From Vicugna vicugna (taxonomy: Eukaryota), in NCBI GenBank assembly GCA_013265495.1, contig MU058824.1:2693111-2757110 (forward strand): a stretch of DNA of 64,000 nt, given 5' to 3'. The position numbers and the translations under genes are program-made. The notes under the pieces are model-generated. The model was given only the letters and a program-made list of their open reading frames with translations, ran no database searches and was not told the origin of the DNA. This document shows, piece by piece, positions 49,646 through 62,895 of this stretch (the first letter of the stretch is position 1; each line of letters opens with the position of its first letter).

Positions 49646-51309
49646 CTGACATTGTCAGGAAGAATTTTAATCAGGATTGGAAAACAGGCAAGGAAAAGGA
49701 AGACCAAACAGCAGCCAGGAATTCAGCCACAAGACCAGCTTGGGCAAGACCCCATGGCCACCAGGATCGAACCCCAGATGTGCCACTTGTACCACTGGCA
49801 TTTGGCCTTGGCTGCTGCTGCTGACCCTGCTGGCCCTGGAAACTCAGTGTTGCCACCATTCATATCCACAAGTGGATTTTCAAGGGTCCTACTCCTTTGT
49901 CTCAACAGACCCTGTCCAGGGCAGCTGTATCAGATTGGCTGAGTGTAGACTCTAGTACCAAGGGTGGCCAGGAAAGCAGGTGTTAGGCACACTCGATGCC
50001 TAACACAGAAAGGGGTTCAGACATTGAGCAGCCAAAGAAAAATATCTACCATGAAGGAAGCCCCCCAGTTTCCAGAAGCTGGGATTCTACAGGCCATCTT
50101 CTCCTATCATAACCTAATAAGCCGTAGCTGTTTTGTGGAACAGGCCAAATTCAATAAGATAGAAGCAGAAAAGAAATTTATTCTTTCTCCCTGCTGTCTC
50201 TTTAGATTAGTTCTGTGTTGATTACTTCTTCTCCAGTCCTTGGATGAAATCTCAGGACATGTGTCCCTCAACACTTTCAGTCATCCTTGGAGAAAATAAA
50301 CAAACAAAAAAACCTCCACTTTAAGTCACAAAAGTTGCCTGTCTCTTTTCAATGGTTAAAATGTGCTCTATCTTCAGTTGAAGCATCTCCTCTCCCTTGC
50401 TCAGTCAGGGGTGGGAAGCCTGCAGGGGGGAGATGGCACAAGTGCCTCTGTCACACTCCCCTTCCTACTCTGTCCCAGCCGCTTCCTGGCCTCTGGCTCT
50501 GGTGGAGCCCGGAGGCAGCAGGCGTCAGGGGAAATTGTGCAGTCTGATGCAGCTGGTGCTGCATGGATCAGTGTTGGTGTCCTCTGGGCTTGGTGGCACT
50601 TTTTGAGTTGCACAGAGATCCCCCTAACCGAGACCCTGCTATTACAGTCTCCAGGACAGAAAAAGCCTGTCTCCGGCTGGTCGCTTACGTCTCCAACTGA
50701 CTCCAACTGACTTCAACCCTAAGTCCTGGGCTATCCAGTGGTCCATTTCCCCCACGTTATCTTTGTTGGGTCCACTGACCCTCCAAGAGGACTTTTGGGG
50801 CAAAGTATATATTAAGATGGCCCCAAGTCAAGTCTCCCCCATGTGACCCACAGCAGGTCCATGAGAAAACACGTGCATCCTCGCCCTCTTCTGTTGGCAG
50901 AAATGAACTCGGTCCTTACGCAGTCTTCTTTCTTTCTGCCCCCTCAGGTGGGCAGCCTCGGCCTTAGGGCTTTGCATCTTCCAGGAATCAGTCATTCCCA
51001 GGCCACTGCCCCCAGACTCTAGGGGACACATATGGAGGTGAGGAGAAACATTCCTAGGCTCCCCCAGGTGAGGGGGGTGCAAATGCTTCCAAAAACTTTC
51101 TCAAAGAAATGTTCTCTCCCAGATTCTTCACTCTCAACCCTTTTATATACTCAAGGTGGATGTTGGGCTAAGATTTCAAAACTTAATTTCCAGATGCCTC
51201 CTTTGCAAGTCCTGTATAGACAGTCTGGCTTCTAACATCAGAATGTGGGGGTTTTATTTCCAGACTTTGAGTCTTCAGCCAAACTTACAGGAAGTCCCTA
51301 TTACAAAGG

Positions 51310-53450
51310 ATTTATTTTAGCAATAAAATTTTAAATAGGAAAAAAAGATGGAAATTAAAATAAAGTGCATACAAGGAAATGCGAAAAATGAAAATGTTAC
51401 GTATTAAAATTCAGAGTCAATGTCATCCTCAGAAAGAATTTCATGGTATATTTTTAAAAGAAATAAGAAAAATTAGTCACCTAAACATTTAACTCAAGCA
51501 GTTTGGAAAAAAACAAGAAAATAAACCTACGGAAAATAAGAAGAAGAAAGTAATAAAGATTAAAGCAAAAATGAACACGTTCAAAACCAAAAACCTAATA
51601 GAGTGATTAATAAAACCAAGAGCAGTTTCTTCAAAAAGTGCAATAAGTTATACATACTTCAGGAAAAAGTAATACAGATAAAAAGGGGAAAACAGAAAAT
51701 ATGGCATTGAAATTGAGAGGGTGACAAAACCAAAGATACTGGTGAGATTTTTATAGTTACAGGAGGACGCTATGTATATCTCTATGCTAAATATCTTTAA
51801 AACTGGGAGAAATTGATAATCTTGTGAGAAAATAGAAATTGGCAAAATTAACTGAAGAAAGGAAATGAGAAACTATGGAAGAAAACAATACAATTATTGA
51901 AGAACCATTACCAAATAAGGCTAAGAGTTCACACTGTTTTATAAGTAAATTTCTCTAAACCTTCAAGAAACAAATAATTCCCATGCTATTTAAATAGTTC
52001 CAGACCAAAGGAAAATGTGGAAATCTTTCCAACTCCTTCTATAAACCCAGTATATCAGTGATTCACTAGCTTAACAGAAATGTCACAATAGAGCATGCTT
52101 GCCTATAGATTTTTTAAAATCTCAAATCAAGTAAAAGAAAGTAAAACTCAGAAGTGTATAAAAATGATAATACCAAATAAGGTTTAAGAAAGCAAGAATG
52201 GTTTGATATAAATCTCTTGATATATAATTCATTTTACTAATAGGTCAAATGAGAAATACCACGTGATTATTTTGAAAATGCAACAAAAGAACATAATTCA
52301 ACCTCTATTCCAAATTTTAAATACTCTTAGAAAATTTGGAATAGAAAGATATTTCCTTAGCTGAAATGAATATCTATCTCCTGTAGAGAGCCAATATCAC
52401 ACCCAAAGTGAAATGCCCCATTGTGGGCAGGAACAATACACGAATGCCTGCTATCACCACTCTCATTTAACAGAGGACAGCCAATTGAGACTTAAACAAA
52501 GAGAGAAAGCACAAAGCACAAAGAATGAATCAAAGATATTATTTTCAGAAGATATGACTTTCTAGCTCAAAAATCCAAACGCATCAACTAAAAAACTATG
52601 CCAGAATGAATGAGAATATTCAAGAAAGCGGTCAGTTCCAAAAAAAAAAAAATTCTTAATACACTAGCAATAACATGGAAGAAAATCTAGAGGATAAAAA
52701 TAGCCCATTCACAACAGTAGAAAAAATATGAATGACCCAGAAATTAATGTAACAAGAAATATACAGGATTCATATGACAAAAACTGTAATGCTTTACTGA
52801 GAGATGTAAAGACAACCTGAATGAATGAAAAAAATGTGTCTTCACCTTGCCTAATACTTCATGACTCCCGTGTAATGGTGCTGCCTAGAGTTGTGCAATG
52901 TGGTGGCCTTGGACGTGTTCCTGGGTAGAGTTAGTAACATGAAGAGGTCAATTTCCCTCAAATTTGTGAATTTAATAAAATATCAGTAGGAATCCACAAG
53001 ATATATGAAACTTGGCAAAATGATTTTGAAGTTCATAAATGTGCAAGGATAGCCAAGAACATTTTGAAAATAAATAGTAAATGAAGAAACTAATACTACC
53101 AGGCATTAAAACTTATAACGTTGCAATAAAGAAAACAGGGAAATACTGGTAAAAAAAAATTTTGGTACATTCAGCTCAGTGGAACCAAGTAGAGCCCATA
53201 AATAGACACAAATTTGATGCAAATTTAGTATATGATAAAGGCAATTTTTTAAACATGTATGTTGGAAGGGTTGAGGGGAATGGATTACATTGTAAGTGAT
53301 GTCAGGACTATTAGCTAACCCTTTAGAAAAAAAAACATTTTTTATAGCATAGACCAAAAGATTTCTTTTGTAGACAAGATCTAAATGGAAAACATGAAGT
53401 GACAAGAAAATATGAGTGGATATTTATATTTCCATGGAGTAGTTTAGGAA
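51310..53450 (+). mobile_element. Old L1M ORF2 remnant with a short MER91-like insert near 52850-52912
   Basis: A-rich; taataaaaccaagagcagtttcttc; aaccttcaagaaacaaataattcccatgctatttaaa; tgcctgctatcaccactctcatttaac; caaggatagccaagaacattttg. Confidence 0.8.
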
Positions 53451-53657
53451 TTTCACTTAAGACAGTATCTTTATTAGTTTAGAAATAGACAAATCATCAA
53501 TCATTTTTGCTTTGTGTTAAGAAAAAGCATGTTAAACTTCTAACTATTCTTAATTTATAATTTTCCATACAAATGGAGCAAAAGTTCCATTGAAGCTCTC
53601 ATGAAAGAGCAGGGTATAAAGAGAAACATTACTTTGTTTTAGAAGGTCATATGGAAC

Positions 53658-55170
53658 TTTTAAAAAAATCAGCTTCATTGAGGAATAATTTGCATACAAT
53701 TTAGCAATTTTATCCGTACAATGAGTTTTAACTGAAATTTTATGGAGATAATTATAGATTCACATGTAGTTGCAACAACTATCTCAGAGAGATCCCATGT
53801 GCTCTTTCCCCAGTTTCCCCCAATGGTAACATTTCACAATATTATAGTTCAGTATCACAACTCAGATATTGGCATTGATAACACCCACTTCTCTTATTCA
53901 GATTCCCTCAGTTTTACTTGTCCTCATTTGTGTGTGTGTGTGTACTTAGTTCTATAGAATATTATCCCAGGTGTAGCTTGGTGTACCCATCACCACAATC
54001 AAGATACTGCAGTTCCATCACCAAAGATCCTTCATGCTACTCTTTTCTAACTACACCTATCTCTACCTCCCACCACCCATACAATATAATAACTTTTGGT
54101 AAATGTGTACAATCATGTAATCACCTCTACAATCATGACAGAAAACATTTTCATTATCCCGAAAATTTCCCTCATCTCCCTTTGCAGTCAATTCCCACTC
54201 TTCATTCCTTATCCTAGGCAACCACTGATCGGCTTTCTATTATAATAGTTTTACCTTTTCTAGAATTTCATACGAATGTAATCAGCAACATGTTTTTGAG
54301 ATTTGTCCATGTTATTGCAAGTAGGAGTACTAGTTCATTCTTTTTACTGCTGAGTATTATATTATATTCCACTCCATCGAGTGGATATATCACATTACGT
54401 TATCCCTTCATCAGTCTATAGACAATCGGGTTGTTTCCAGTGCTTTACTATGAACAAAGCAATGAATATTCAAGTCTTCATCTGAGGATGTTTTCATTTC
54501 TCTTGGTGGATGTCTAAGAGTGTGATTGCTAGATCATATGGTAAACATGTTTCTAAGCCTATAGCTTCAAATTCACTGATCTTTCCTTTTTCAAAGTCTA
54601 ATCTGGTGTTAATAACATCCCATGTGTTTTTTTCATTTCAGATATTATATTTCCCATTTCTAGAAATTCCTTTTGGATCTAAAACTTTTAAAACTTCCAT
54701 TTTTCTCCTCTTCTTGGTCACATTTTCCTTCACCTTCTAAAACATGTGGATCACAATAGCTTTTTTTAATGTTCTGTGCTAAATCTATCATCTCCATCAT
54801 TTCTTGGTTGGTTTACAGTGATTAGTTTTCCATCTGGCTACAGACCATATTTTCCTACTTCTTTGCCTGCTCAGAAATTTTTTATTGGATGCTGGACATT
54901 GCAAATTTCACATTGTTGACTGCTGGATTTTGTTGTATTCCTTTAAATACCTTTAGATTTTGTTCTGGAGCACAAATCAGTTAGACCCTTTCAAAGCTTG
55001 TGGTGTAGCCTTTAGTCTAGGGTTACTTTGGCGTCATTAGTAAGGTAATACCCTTTTGAGGACCCTACTCAACGTCTCGCGTGTAAGAAGATCTTCCTGT
55101 TCTGGTTGGTGGAGACGTGAAGAATTCCCAGCCCCACATGAGCTCCAGGAATTATTCTGCCTACTCCTTA
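53658..55170 (-). mobile_element. Nested old L1 fragments (L1MC/MD-type 3' end at ~53735-54085 inside an L1MB/ME-type 3' end, then an ORF1/5' remnant)
   Basis: ttttatggagataattatagattcacatgtagttg; cctaggcaaccactgatcggctttct; ccatattttcctacttctttgcctgc. Confidence 0.75.
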
Positions 55171-56174
55171 TCTGGAAAACAGACATCTTTGCTGAGGACT
55201 TCAAAGCATAACATTAAAGGCAGAAGCTATAAAGGTAAAGAGTGATAGCTTTGACAACAGAAAAATTTAGAGCCTCTCTCTTTGGTTTTCTCTAAAATTC
55301 ACTTCAATTCAGCTGTTGTTTCTCATTGATTTGAGTGCCAGCTGGTAGAGGGAGAACACCAGTGGGCCCTGGATCTGCAGTCAGCTCTGCCTCTCACTGT
55401 GCAACCAGAGGGGAGTTCTCCTCTATGGGCCTCCATCTTTTGATCTGGAAAAGAGGGGGCTGAATAAAGTGTTCCCTGAGGCGCTTCCAGCTCTACACCC
55501 TACCCCCTGGCCAAGTAGTACCAGTTTCTCAGTCACCTCTTTGCCTCTGTTAACAGACTCTTGGGACCCCACCTCCATCTCAAAGCAGTCTTCTTATTCC
55601 TATTTCCCTTTTTAAATATAATTTAGCTTTTATTTGATTTATGGACTCGGTCCCAGTCACTGAACTTCATTCGGCTTGGACGGCTTATTGATTTTCAATA
55701 ACAGTGGAGCAGAAGAATAAAGAGATGACAGCAGCACTTGGCTGCAGACTCAGGGCCCGCTGAGAGAGGGAGGAATTAATCATCTCCAGGGTGATCACTC
55801 AGGCTGTCCCTGGCAGGACAGTGACCCAGGGAGCTTGGCCAGCCTGGGACAGCCCAGGAAGCCATACAATGATTGTTTGCCTCTGATAACGTGAGCTCAC
55901 CAGACTTTCCTGCCTGGCTTCTAATTCCAGCATCACCTGATGTAAGTCAGTTACCCATCCAGCTTCCTCACGTCTAAAGAAGGGGCTCTGACAGAGTTCC
56001 CAAGGCTCGCTAGAAGGAGGCTGCACCATTTGGATCAACAGGGAGGAGGAGGTGATCCTGTTTAAAGGTGCTAACATTAAATGAATGCAAAGATAAATGA
56101 TGAAAGGTGAAGAAGATGCAGATGTGCTGGGTATGCACGCTGATTTCATGGTGGCTTCTCTTGGCTAACTGTAG

Positions 56175-56630
56175 CAGCCAAAAACAGCAAGGCGGATCTA
56201 TTTTTACTTCCCTAAAGAAATGCACCAAGCTTTCCTTTGCCTCTGTACCTTTACATATACTGTCTCTGTACAATGTTCCAGCCTTCTCTTTTCCTGGCCA
56301 ACTCCTGCTTTTTCTTCAGGCTTCAGCTTAGTTGCTGCCTCCTCTGAGAAGTCTTTCCTAAGTCCTCCCACCCCACCCCTGGTTAGGTGTCCCCACCCCA
56401 TGCTCCCCCAGATTTTTGTGCTGACCCTGTAAGGACATTCATCACACTACATTAGTACAGTTACATCAACAATGCAATAGTTCATTGTTACAGCAATAAC
56501 TGTGGTCTGTTTTCTTAACTGTATCTCCTACTTAACTCCCAGCTCTGTGAGGGCAGGGACTGGGCCTGCTTTGTTCATCCAGGGTCCTGGTATATGAGAG
56601 CTAATAAATATTTGCTGAATGGATGAAAGA
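56175..56630 (+). mobile_element. L2 3' portion
   Basis: ttcctttgcctctgtacctttacatatactg...cctcctctgagaagtctttcc...ctctgtgagggcagggactgggcctgctttgttc...ctaataaatatttgctgaatggatga. Confidence 0.8.
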
Positions 56631-56955
56631 TAGCTGAAAAGAATGATTTTCAAAGTTACTCAGTGACTCAAAGAATACTTATTGACAATAAATTACTTGT
56701 TAACATTGTGGGTAGAGGCTGAAGTCCATTAATTCCTTTGTTTAATCCTCTCTACGACCTTTTAATTGCAAGTGTAGTAAAACACTCAAGAGAGGTGAGG
56801 TGATCAACCCAAGGTCACATAGCCAGGATCTGGCCAGGGTCTACTAATCTCTAATGCCCGTTCTGCCCCTTCTCACGAGGGGAACTCAACCAGTTCCTTC
56901 TCTTCCCAGGACTCCATAGTTTTCTCCACTGTATGATGAGTGGGTTGAACCAGAC

Positions 56956-57075
56956 CAGTGGCTCTTAATCTTTGAGAATTGATGAAAGCTATGAACTGTA
57001 ACCCCAGGGAAATGCACATACGCACTGAAAAATTACACACAATTTCATGGGTTCGTAGACCCCCATAAAACCTAG
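56956..57075. mobile_element. Short hAT-Charlie MER element
   Basis: cagtggctcttaatctttgagaattgatgaaagctatgaac...aaatgcacatacgcac...aatttcatgggttcgtagacccc. Confidence 0.65.
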
Positions 57076-58129
57076 CCACAGCCCAGAGCTCACCAATCAT
57101 GGAGGCCTTGCCAGCTCTCATAGTCCCTGCAAGATCTATGATTCACCCAGTGACATCGGTTTTATGAAGTAGCAAAATTCTTCCATTCGTTTTTCCAAGT
57201 CTCCATCTCACCTCTCCTGCCCAGCCCAGTTGGCAGCAGTTCCTCCCTGCTGTGAGACCCCATTAGCCCCCAAACCCCAAGGCGCCACCAGACTGCGGCT
57301 GTCACACTGAGTCCTGGTCCTGATTTATTCTCCATGGTGTCTCTCTGGATGAGAAGTTGTGCATAACAGCAGGACTCAGCCCCTAGTAGAAGAAATGGCC
57401 AAGTTCAATCCTTAACAAATAAAACCACTGCCATTCAGTAATTCCCATGGTTCATGAAAAATGTGATTTTCTTGCTGCAGCAAATGTGGAGGGCGGGAGA
57501 TGTAAAGACGATCCCACTTTGGTCTATGGAAGAAACTGTAACAATATAAATCAGTGAGATAGATAACCTTCTCCTCTATTCATTATCTGGGCAGGCCAGA
57601 GCTAATGTGTTTGGTCTTTTTTTTTTGTTTTTTTTTTACATCTTCTGTTATCAGCCATCCTTCCCCCTCAAGGATGGCTGCACTTGTCTGAATTCTACCA
57701 GGAACGTTGTGGCAAAGAAATAGAATATTCAGTTTCTGAAGATAATACCAGTTCTCTAGGATCTTAAATGCCAAGCCAAGAACTTTACCCTGTAGGCCAC
57801 TGAGTCTTCCCTACGGGCATCCAGGATGGGGCAGACCCCTTGTGAAGATGCTGGTGAGGGTGACATGACCAGAAAATCACATTAGAAAGATCATTCTGAC
57901 TGTAGATGAGGACTCATCAGAGGAACTGAGAGAAATGAGGGTGCAGGTAGAGGGTCGTGGGGAGAAGCCTGATTCAGTCAGGGGAGAGGATTGGGGAGAA
58001 GTCTACTCCTCTTCCTTATTGTTCCTACAATGGGGATGGCAGCATGCCAATTAAAGCTGTATACAGATAGGACACTCTGCACCCTGCACAAAGGAGTATC
58101 CAAGGAGATGTGAGTGGAAGCTATTGGTG

Positions 58130-58340
58130 GAGTTTCTTAGAGGCCCTTTTGCCCTTCCTCATGTCTTCTTTCTTCCTGTCTAGAATGCAGATGGGATGGC
58201 TGGTGCTACAGCTGCAATACTGCAACCATGAGGAAAAGGTCAAGAGAACTACAGAAACCTCAATTCTGAAATGCTTGAGTTGCTGAGTCAATGTCAAACA
58301 CTACCTGCTTCTGGACTCATTATTTGAAAAAAATCCTGTG
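58130..58340 (+). mobile_element. MLT1I/J-type LTR fragment
   Basis: ttcttcctgtctagaatgcagatgggatggctggtgctacagctgcaatactgcaaccatgagg...ctacctgcttctggactc. Confidence 0.65.
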
Positions 58341-58460
58341 GGGCATCAAATGGAGAAGTTATGTAGACAGGTGGATGGATAAATCTGGAGCTCTGGAGAG
58401 TCATGGGCACATACTTGGGGGTGATGAAAGCTGTCAAGGTGGGTGTGATGACTCAGGGAG

Positions 58461-58469
58461 TAGATAGAT

Positions 58470-58531
<62 letters not shown>

Positions 58532-58545
58532 AAGACAGAAAGACA
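58461..58545. repeat. (GATA)n(GACA)n tetranucleotide microsatellite within a minus-strand L2
   Basis: tagatagatgatagatagat...agacagacagacag; flanks ctggagctctggagag and agatggtcctggagaacactaacctt are L2-like. Confidence 0.9.
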
Positions 58546-60555
58546 AGAAGATGGTCCTGGAGAACACTAACCTTCAAGGAATAGGCTGGGGGAAAGTTAA
58601 CTGCAGATACAGAGAGGGAACTTCCAGAGAGGGGACACCTGGAGAGCAGGGGTCCTGAGGACCAAAGGAGGACAGGGACTCTGAAAGTGGTCAATAGCAC
58701 ACATGACAGAGGGCCAGTGGCTGATACTAGAGGAGACTTGGTGATCCTGTTAAGAGCTGAAGAGACAGCACTGATGCATCCCTCCTGAAATGTCAATGCC
58801 AGTCTACCCGAGGAAACCACAGTGCCCCCAGGCCCTCCTTGTAGAACTGTGGACATCTTGTAGGCTGGTAGCTCCAAGGAGTCCCCATAGAGAGCAAGAC
58901 AATGGAAAGGGAGTACTTCCTTCCTTGACACTTGACGAGGAGATACTGTAGACATGATTACTGCACACATGCTTTCTCTCTGTTCTGAGCCTGTATTCAG
59001 ATGCATTTGTTGATCTTGCTGGATTTGATTCTTCGCTCAAAGAGCACACGGCTGGGTATTCCACACCCACTCTGCATCATGCTCTGTGGGCCTCAGGCAA
59101 CTCACTCAACAAGTTGAAGGCAAAGCAGAGTCTAGAGCCCAGGCCTCCTGATTCCAAATCCGTCAGGCCTTAAAACCCATGCGTGAAACATTTCCTAGAT
59201 CTGGCTTTTAACAAACGCATTGGAGGATGGCATGCTGCCGATGTTTTGCTTGGCTCAGGGTGGGTACCAGGTTATTTTTTGCGAATTGGGTACTCCATCA
59301 TGTAGAAAAACACGTCTTTTTAGGGGGTAAAACATCTGGAGTTACATAGCATGCAAAGAGACTAAAGGCCAGGTTACACACTCAGCACACAGAACTCAGG
59401 TTTTAATGATGCTCAAAGATTCAGAATGTTCAGAAAATCTGTTTGTTGTTGCTCTGACTTTCAGTGTTTCTCTGGGGAGCCACCACTTATTTTTTCTGTC
59501 TTGTTTAACCCAATAGGATTCCTAAGGAAGGAGTATCTCAAAGAGCTTGAACAAATTCCCTAGGAAAGCTCCAGATCTCACAAATTCTAAGTCACAAAAA
59601 TATGCTTCTAAAAATAGAGCTTGCCAAGCAAGAGCACAGGTCTTGGCCCACTTGACCCAGCCCCACAGGCAGCCTTTGTCCTGATATCAGGCCTGAAGAT
59701 CCCTGGAAAGAGCAGCCCTTACTGAAGAGAATTTGGGGACTTCTGCTGGAGGGCATAACAGCTGTCAGGAAGTTCAGCAATGAGTAGAAGACTGGACACA
59801 GAACAGGGATGTGATAAAGCGAGAGCTTTACAAGGCTCTGAAGGCTTGGCCAGAGTTTGCCCAGAGATTTACAAAGTGTTGGTCTTGGAGCTGGACAGGT
59901 AAACTCTATTTCCAATTCACCACTAATTTTCTGGATGCATTTAGCAAGCCTCTTCCCCTCTCTGGGATTCAGTTTTCACATTTGTAGAATAAGAGTGGTA
60001 AATTCCAAAGCCTTACATGTTTCCAGGGGTGCTGTTGAAAGCTGTATGGATGTGAGAAAGGACCAATCCTCTGGTGATGGACTCTGGCTAAGCACGTCCA
60101 GATAGCCCGAAGGGCTCTGCAAGCAGCTACAGAAGGCAATTCTGAGCAGAAGCACATGTTTTCACCCAGAAAGGTCCTTCTTATTGAGGCCATTCTGTTT
60201 AAGCGAGTGCTCACAAGGATTGGGGAGGTTCACTCCTCAGCACCAGAAGTTAAATCGGGAAACAGCCCCTCCCTCATCTCATCACCAGAGGACTGACCCT
60301 CAGAAACACAGGTGTGGAAGAGAGATACCTGACTTTCTTTGGCTGCGGGGACTACAATCAATGACCTATGTTTGGTGTGATTAAACATGCCAAAACGAGA
60401 AAAGAGATGTGGTGGTGGGCTTGTGCCCAGAATTAGAGAAATTGGCCTTGTTTTCACAGTCACCCAATCAAGTTGACTCCCATGCTTCTATGTGCAGGGG
60501 ACAAACCAGTCTTTTGTGTTTAGAGAACATCTTGCCCCTTGGGAACTTCTGAACC

Positions 60556-60732
60556 TTGTGTGTGAGTGTGTGCACCTGTGTGTACATGAGTGTGCCTCTG
60601 TGGAAGTGTGCACTTCATGTATATGTGCACGCTAGATGGGTGTGCATGTGTACAAGTCCGTTTGTATGTGTGTGTGTCTGTGCTTATGTGTGCACTTGCA
60701 TGTTAGTGTGTGTGTGCATATATGTATATACA
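60556..60732. repeat. Degenerate (TG)n tract
   Basis: tgtgtgtgagtgtgtgcacc... Confidence 0.85.
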
Positions 60733-60737
60733 CTTAC

Positions 60738-60855
60738 CCTCTCTCACAAGGAATGAGGTTTGCTCAGTCGCACCAGGGCCAGGGGATGATTTAGTAAGCC
60801 CTGGGTCTCCTTGCCCTACATGCTGAGCTATGGAAATGGTAAAGCCTTTCCAAAC
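60738..60855 (-). other. Candidate 118-nt exon (unverified)
   Basis: Minus strand: ctaatctgtctttcag|GTTTGG...GAGAGG|gtaagtg. Confidence 0.3.
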
Positions 60856-61499
60856 CTGAAAGACAGATTAGTTCATTTTCAGGTTTTGCCGTGAATCGGT
60901 GGTTCCTGGAACGGCTAATGGCTCAGAGAGGCAGTATTTGCATCCAGCAGTGTCAGAGTGGCTGTGGGAGTAGTGGCTAGGGGGTGATTTAGGATAGCTA
61001 TTTGGAAACATCTACCATTTTCCAATAATACTTGAGAAATTGCCTCTCCTGAGAAATTTCAAGAGGGCCATGGAACAGTGATGGAGGAGGCAGGGGAAAA
61101 TGCAGATTCCTCCTGTCTGAGCAGCATGGCTACAGGCATCCAGAAAACCTGATATTCCAGATACCTCCAGGCAGATCAGTTGCATCGATCGTGCTGTTGC
61201 CTACCCCAGTCTGTGCACGTGCTCATCTCCTGCACCTCCCCAGGGTCACCCCCCTACATCTATCTGATGAAATTAGTACTTGAAATACAATAAAGTGATT
61301 AGTTCACTTGACTGTGACAAACATATTTAATCTTGACCGATCGATAGTGTCAGAAAACCAGCGCCATTAGTTAAATTATCCCCTGGACTCAGAGAAGCAA
61401 ACAGCCTAATTGAAGAAGGCAAACTCCCAAGGCCTCCTTTCAGCCCAAGCACTTCCTCCCTGGTGGGTTTGGAGGGCTCTGATTTGAACTTTAGCCATG

Positions 61500-61850
61500 A
61501 CCTGCTTTCCCTTCAGCCACCACTGCCTGGACCCACTCTGGGCCTCAGTTTCCCCACCTGTCAGTTTAGTACAGATATGAAAAGCAGAGACTCTGGAGCT
61601 AAGTTCCATTCATATCAGCACCACTAACTAGCTAATCGCAGGCAAGTCAACTAACCACCCTGTGACTCAGTTTCTTCATCTGTAAAATGGGCGTGTCAGT
61701 ACTAGCAGCTGGGTCTTTGGGAGGGGCAGGTGAAAGATACCCAGCCTGGATTTTCCTCCTGGCCCTGCAGAGCCGCAGTTTGACCACTTAGGCCCCTTCC
61801 CTCTCAGCTTCAGTCTCCCAATCTGTAAATGAGGAGGTAAGCTGAGTTGA
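61500..61850 (+). mobile_element. Cluster of MIR fragments
   Basis: ctctgggcctcagtttccccacctgt; tgactcagtttcttcatctgtaaaatggg; cttcagtctcccaatctgtaaatgagg. Confidence 0.7.
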
Positions 61851-62322
61851 TTGTATAGGCTCCTATAGCCCCGATGTTTCATGAGTCTCAGAGCCTCATG
61901 TCCTTGTAGATGTACATGGGAGTCACTAGGCGTGAACCGGGGCCAGGAAGGCTAAGTGATCTCATAACCCAAGGGAAGATGCCTTTGAGGCAACATAATT
62001 AATGTTTGTAGACATGGCAGGGTAGGTAATAGAGTTAGTAGCACAGGGAATCATGCTTTCTGGTTGTGAAACAAAATCAATTCCATTTCATTTGAACCCA
62101 AGAATCCTCAAAGTCCTGATGTCCACAGTGGGTCTGCTAGCACCAGGAGAAGGAAGTATCTCACTCATTCACTCACTCATCCAATGTTTGCTAAGCATCA
62201 TCTCTGTGGTAGACCTTGTATTGGGAGCCAGACACACAGGGAGGGACAAGCCCTATCTTTGTCCTTTGTCCTTTGTATCCAGGGATTCACAGACACATGA
62301 ACAATTATCTCTGATTTGATGT

Positions 62323-62805
62323 TGTATTCATTTCCAGTGGCTTCTGTAACAAATCACCACAAACTTGGTGACTCAAAGCAATACAAATACATTATCTTAC
62401 AGTTCTAGGGGTCAAAAGTCCAACATGGGTCTCAATGGGCTAAAATCAAGGTGTTAGGAGGACTGTGGTCCTTTCTGGAGGTTGCAGGGAGAATTCAATT
62501 ATTTGCCTTTTCCAGCTTCTGGAAGCTGTCTGCACTCCTTGGCTCATAGCTCCACATCACTTGACCTCTGCATCCATTATCACATCCCTTTTCTGTCTTT
62601 CACAGTCTTCTTCTTATAAGACCTTTATGAGTAACTGGACCCACCTGGATAACCTGGACTACTGTTCCCACCTCAACAGTCTTAACCTTATCACATTTGC
62701 AAAGTCTCTTTCACCATGTAAGGTGACATATGCACACATTTCAGGGATTAGGACCTGGACATCTTGTGGCAGGCAGGGCAGGGGGGCATTATTCTACCCA
62801 CTACA
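62323..62805 (-). mobile_element. MLT1C/D-type MaLR solo LTR
   Basis: tgtattcatttccagtggcttctgtaacaaatcaccacaaacttgg...gggctaaaatcaaggtgt...tgccttttccagcttctgga...gggcattattctacccactaca. Confidence 0.9.
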
Positions 62806-62895
62806 AACATAAAAGTCCCAAGGCTGGAATAAAAAGAAAACTAAGAGTCACTTTTCCTAGGAAGGCTTAAAGGTTCCATTAGAAGCAGTCCTTGA

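Noticed and set aside
50691..50717. 10-bp tandem ctccaactga repeated about 2.7 times
   Set aside because: Ordinary slippage duplication with no further structure.
58346..59006. Longest ORF (190 aa, minus strand)
   Set aside because: Runs through L2 sequence and the (GATA)n microsatellite (LSIYLSIY); no recognisable domain.
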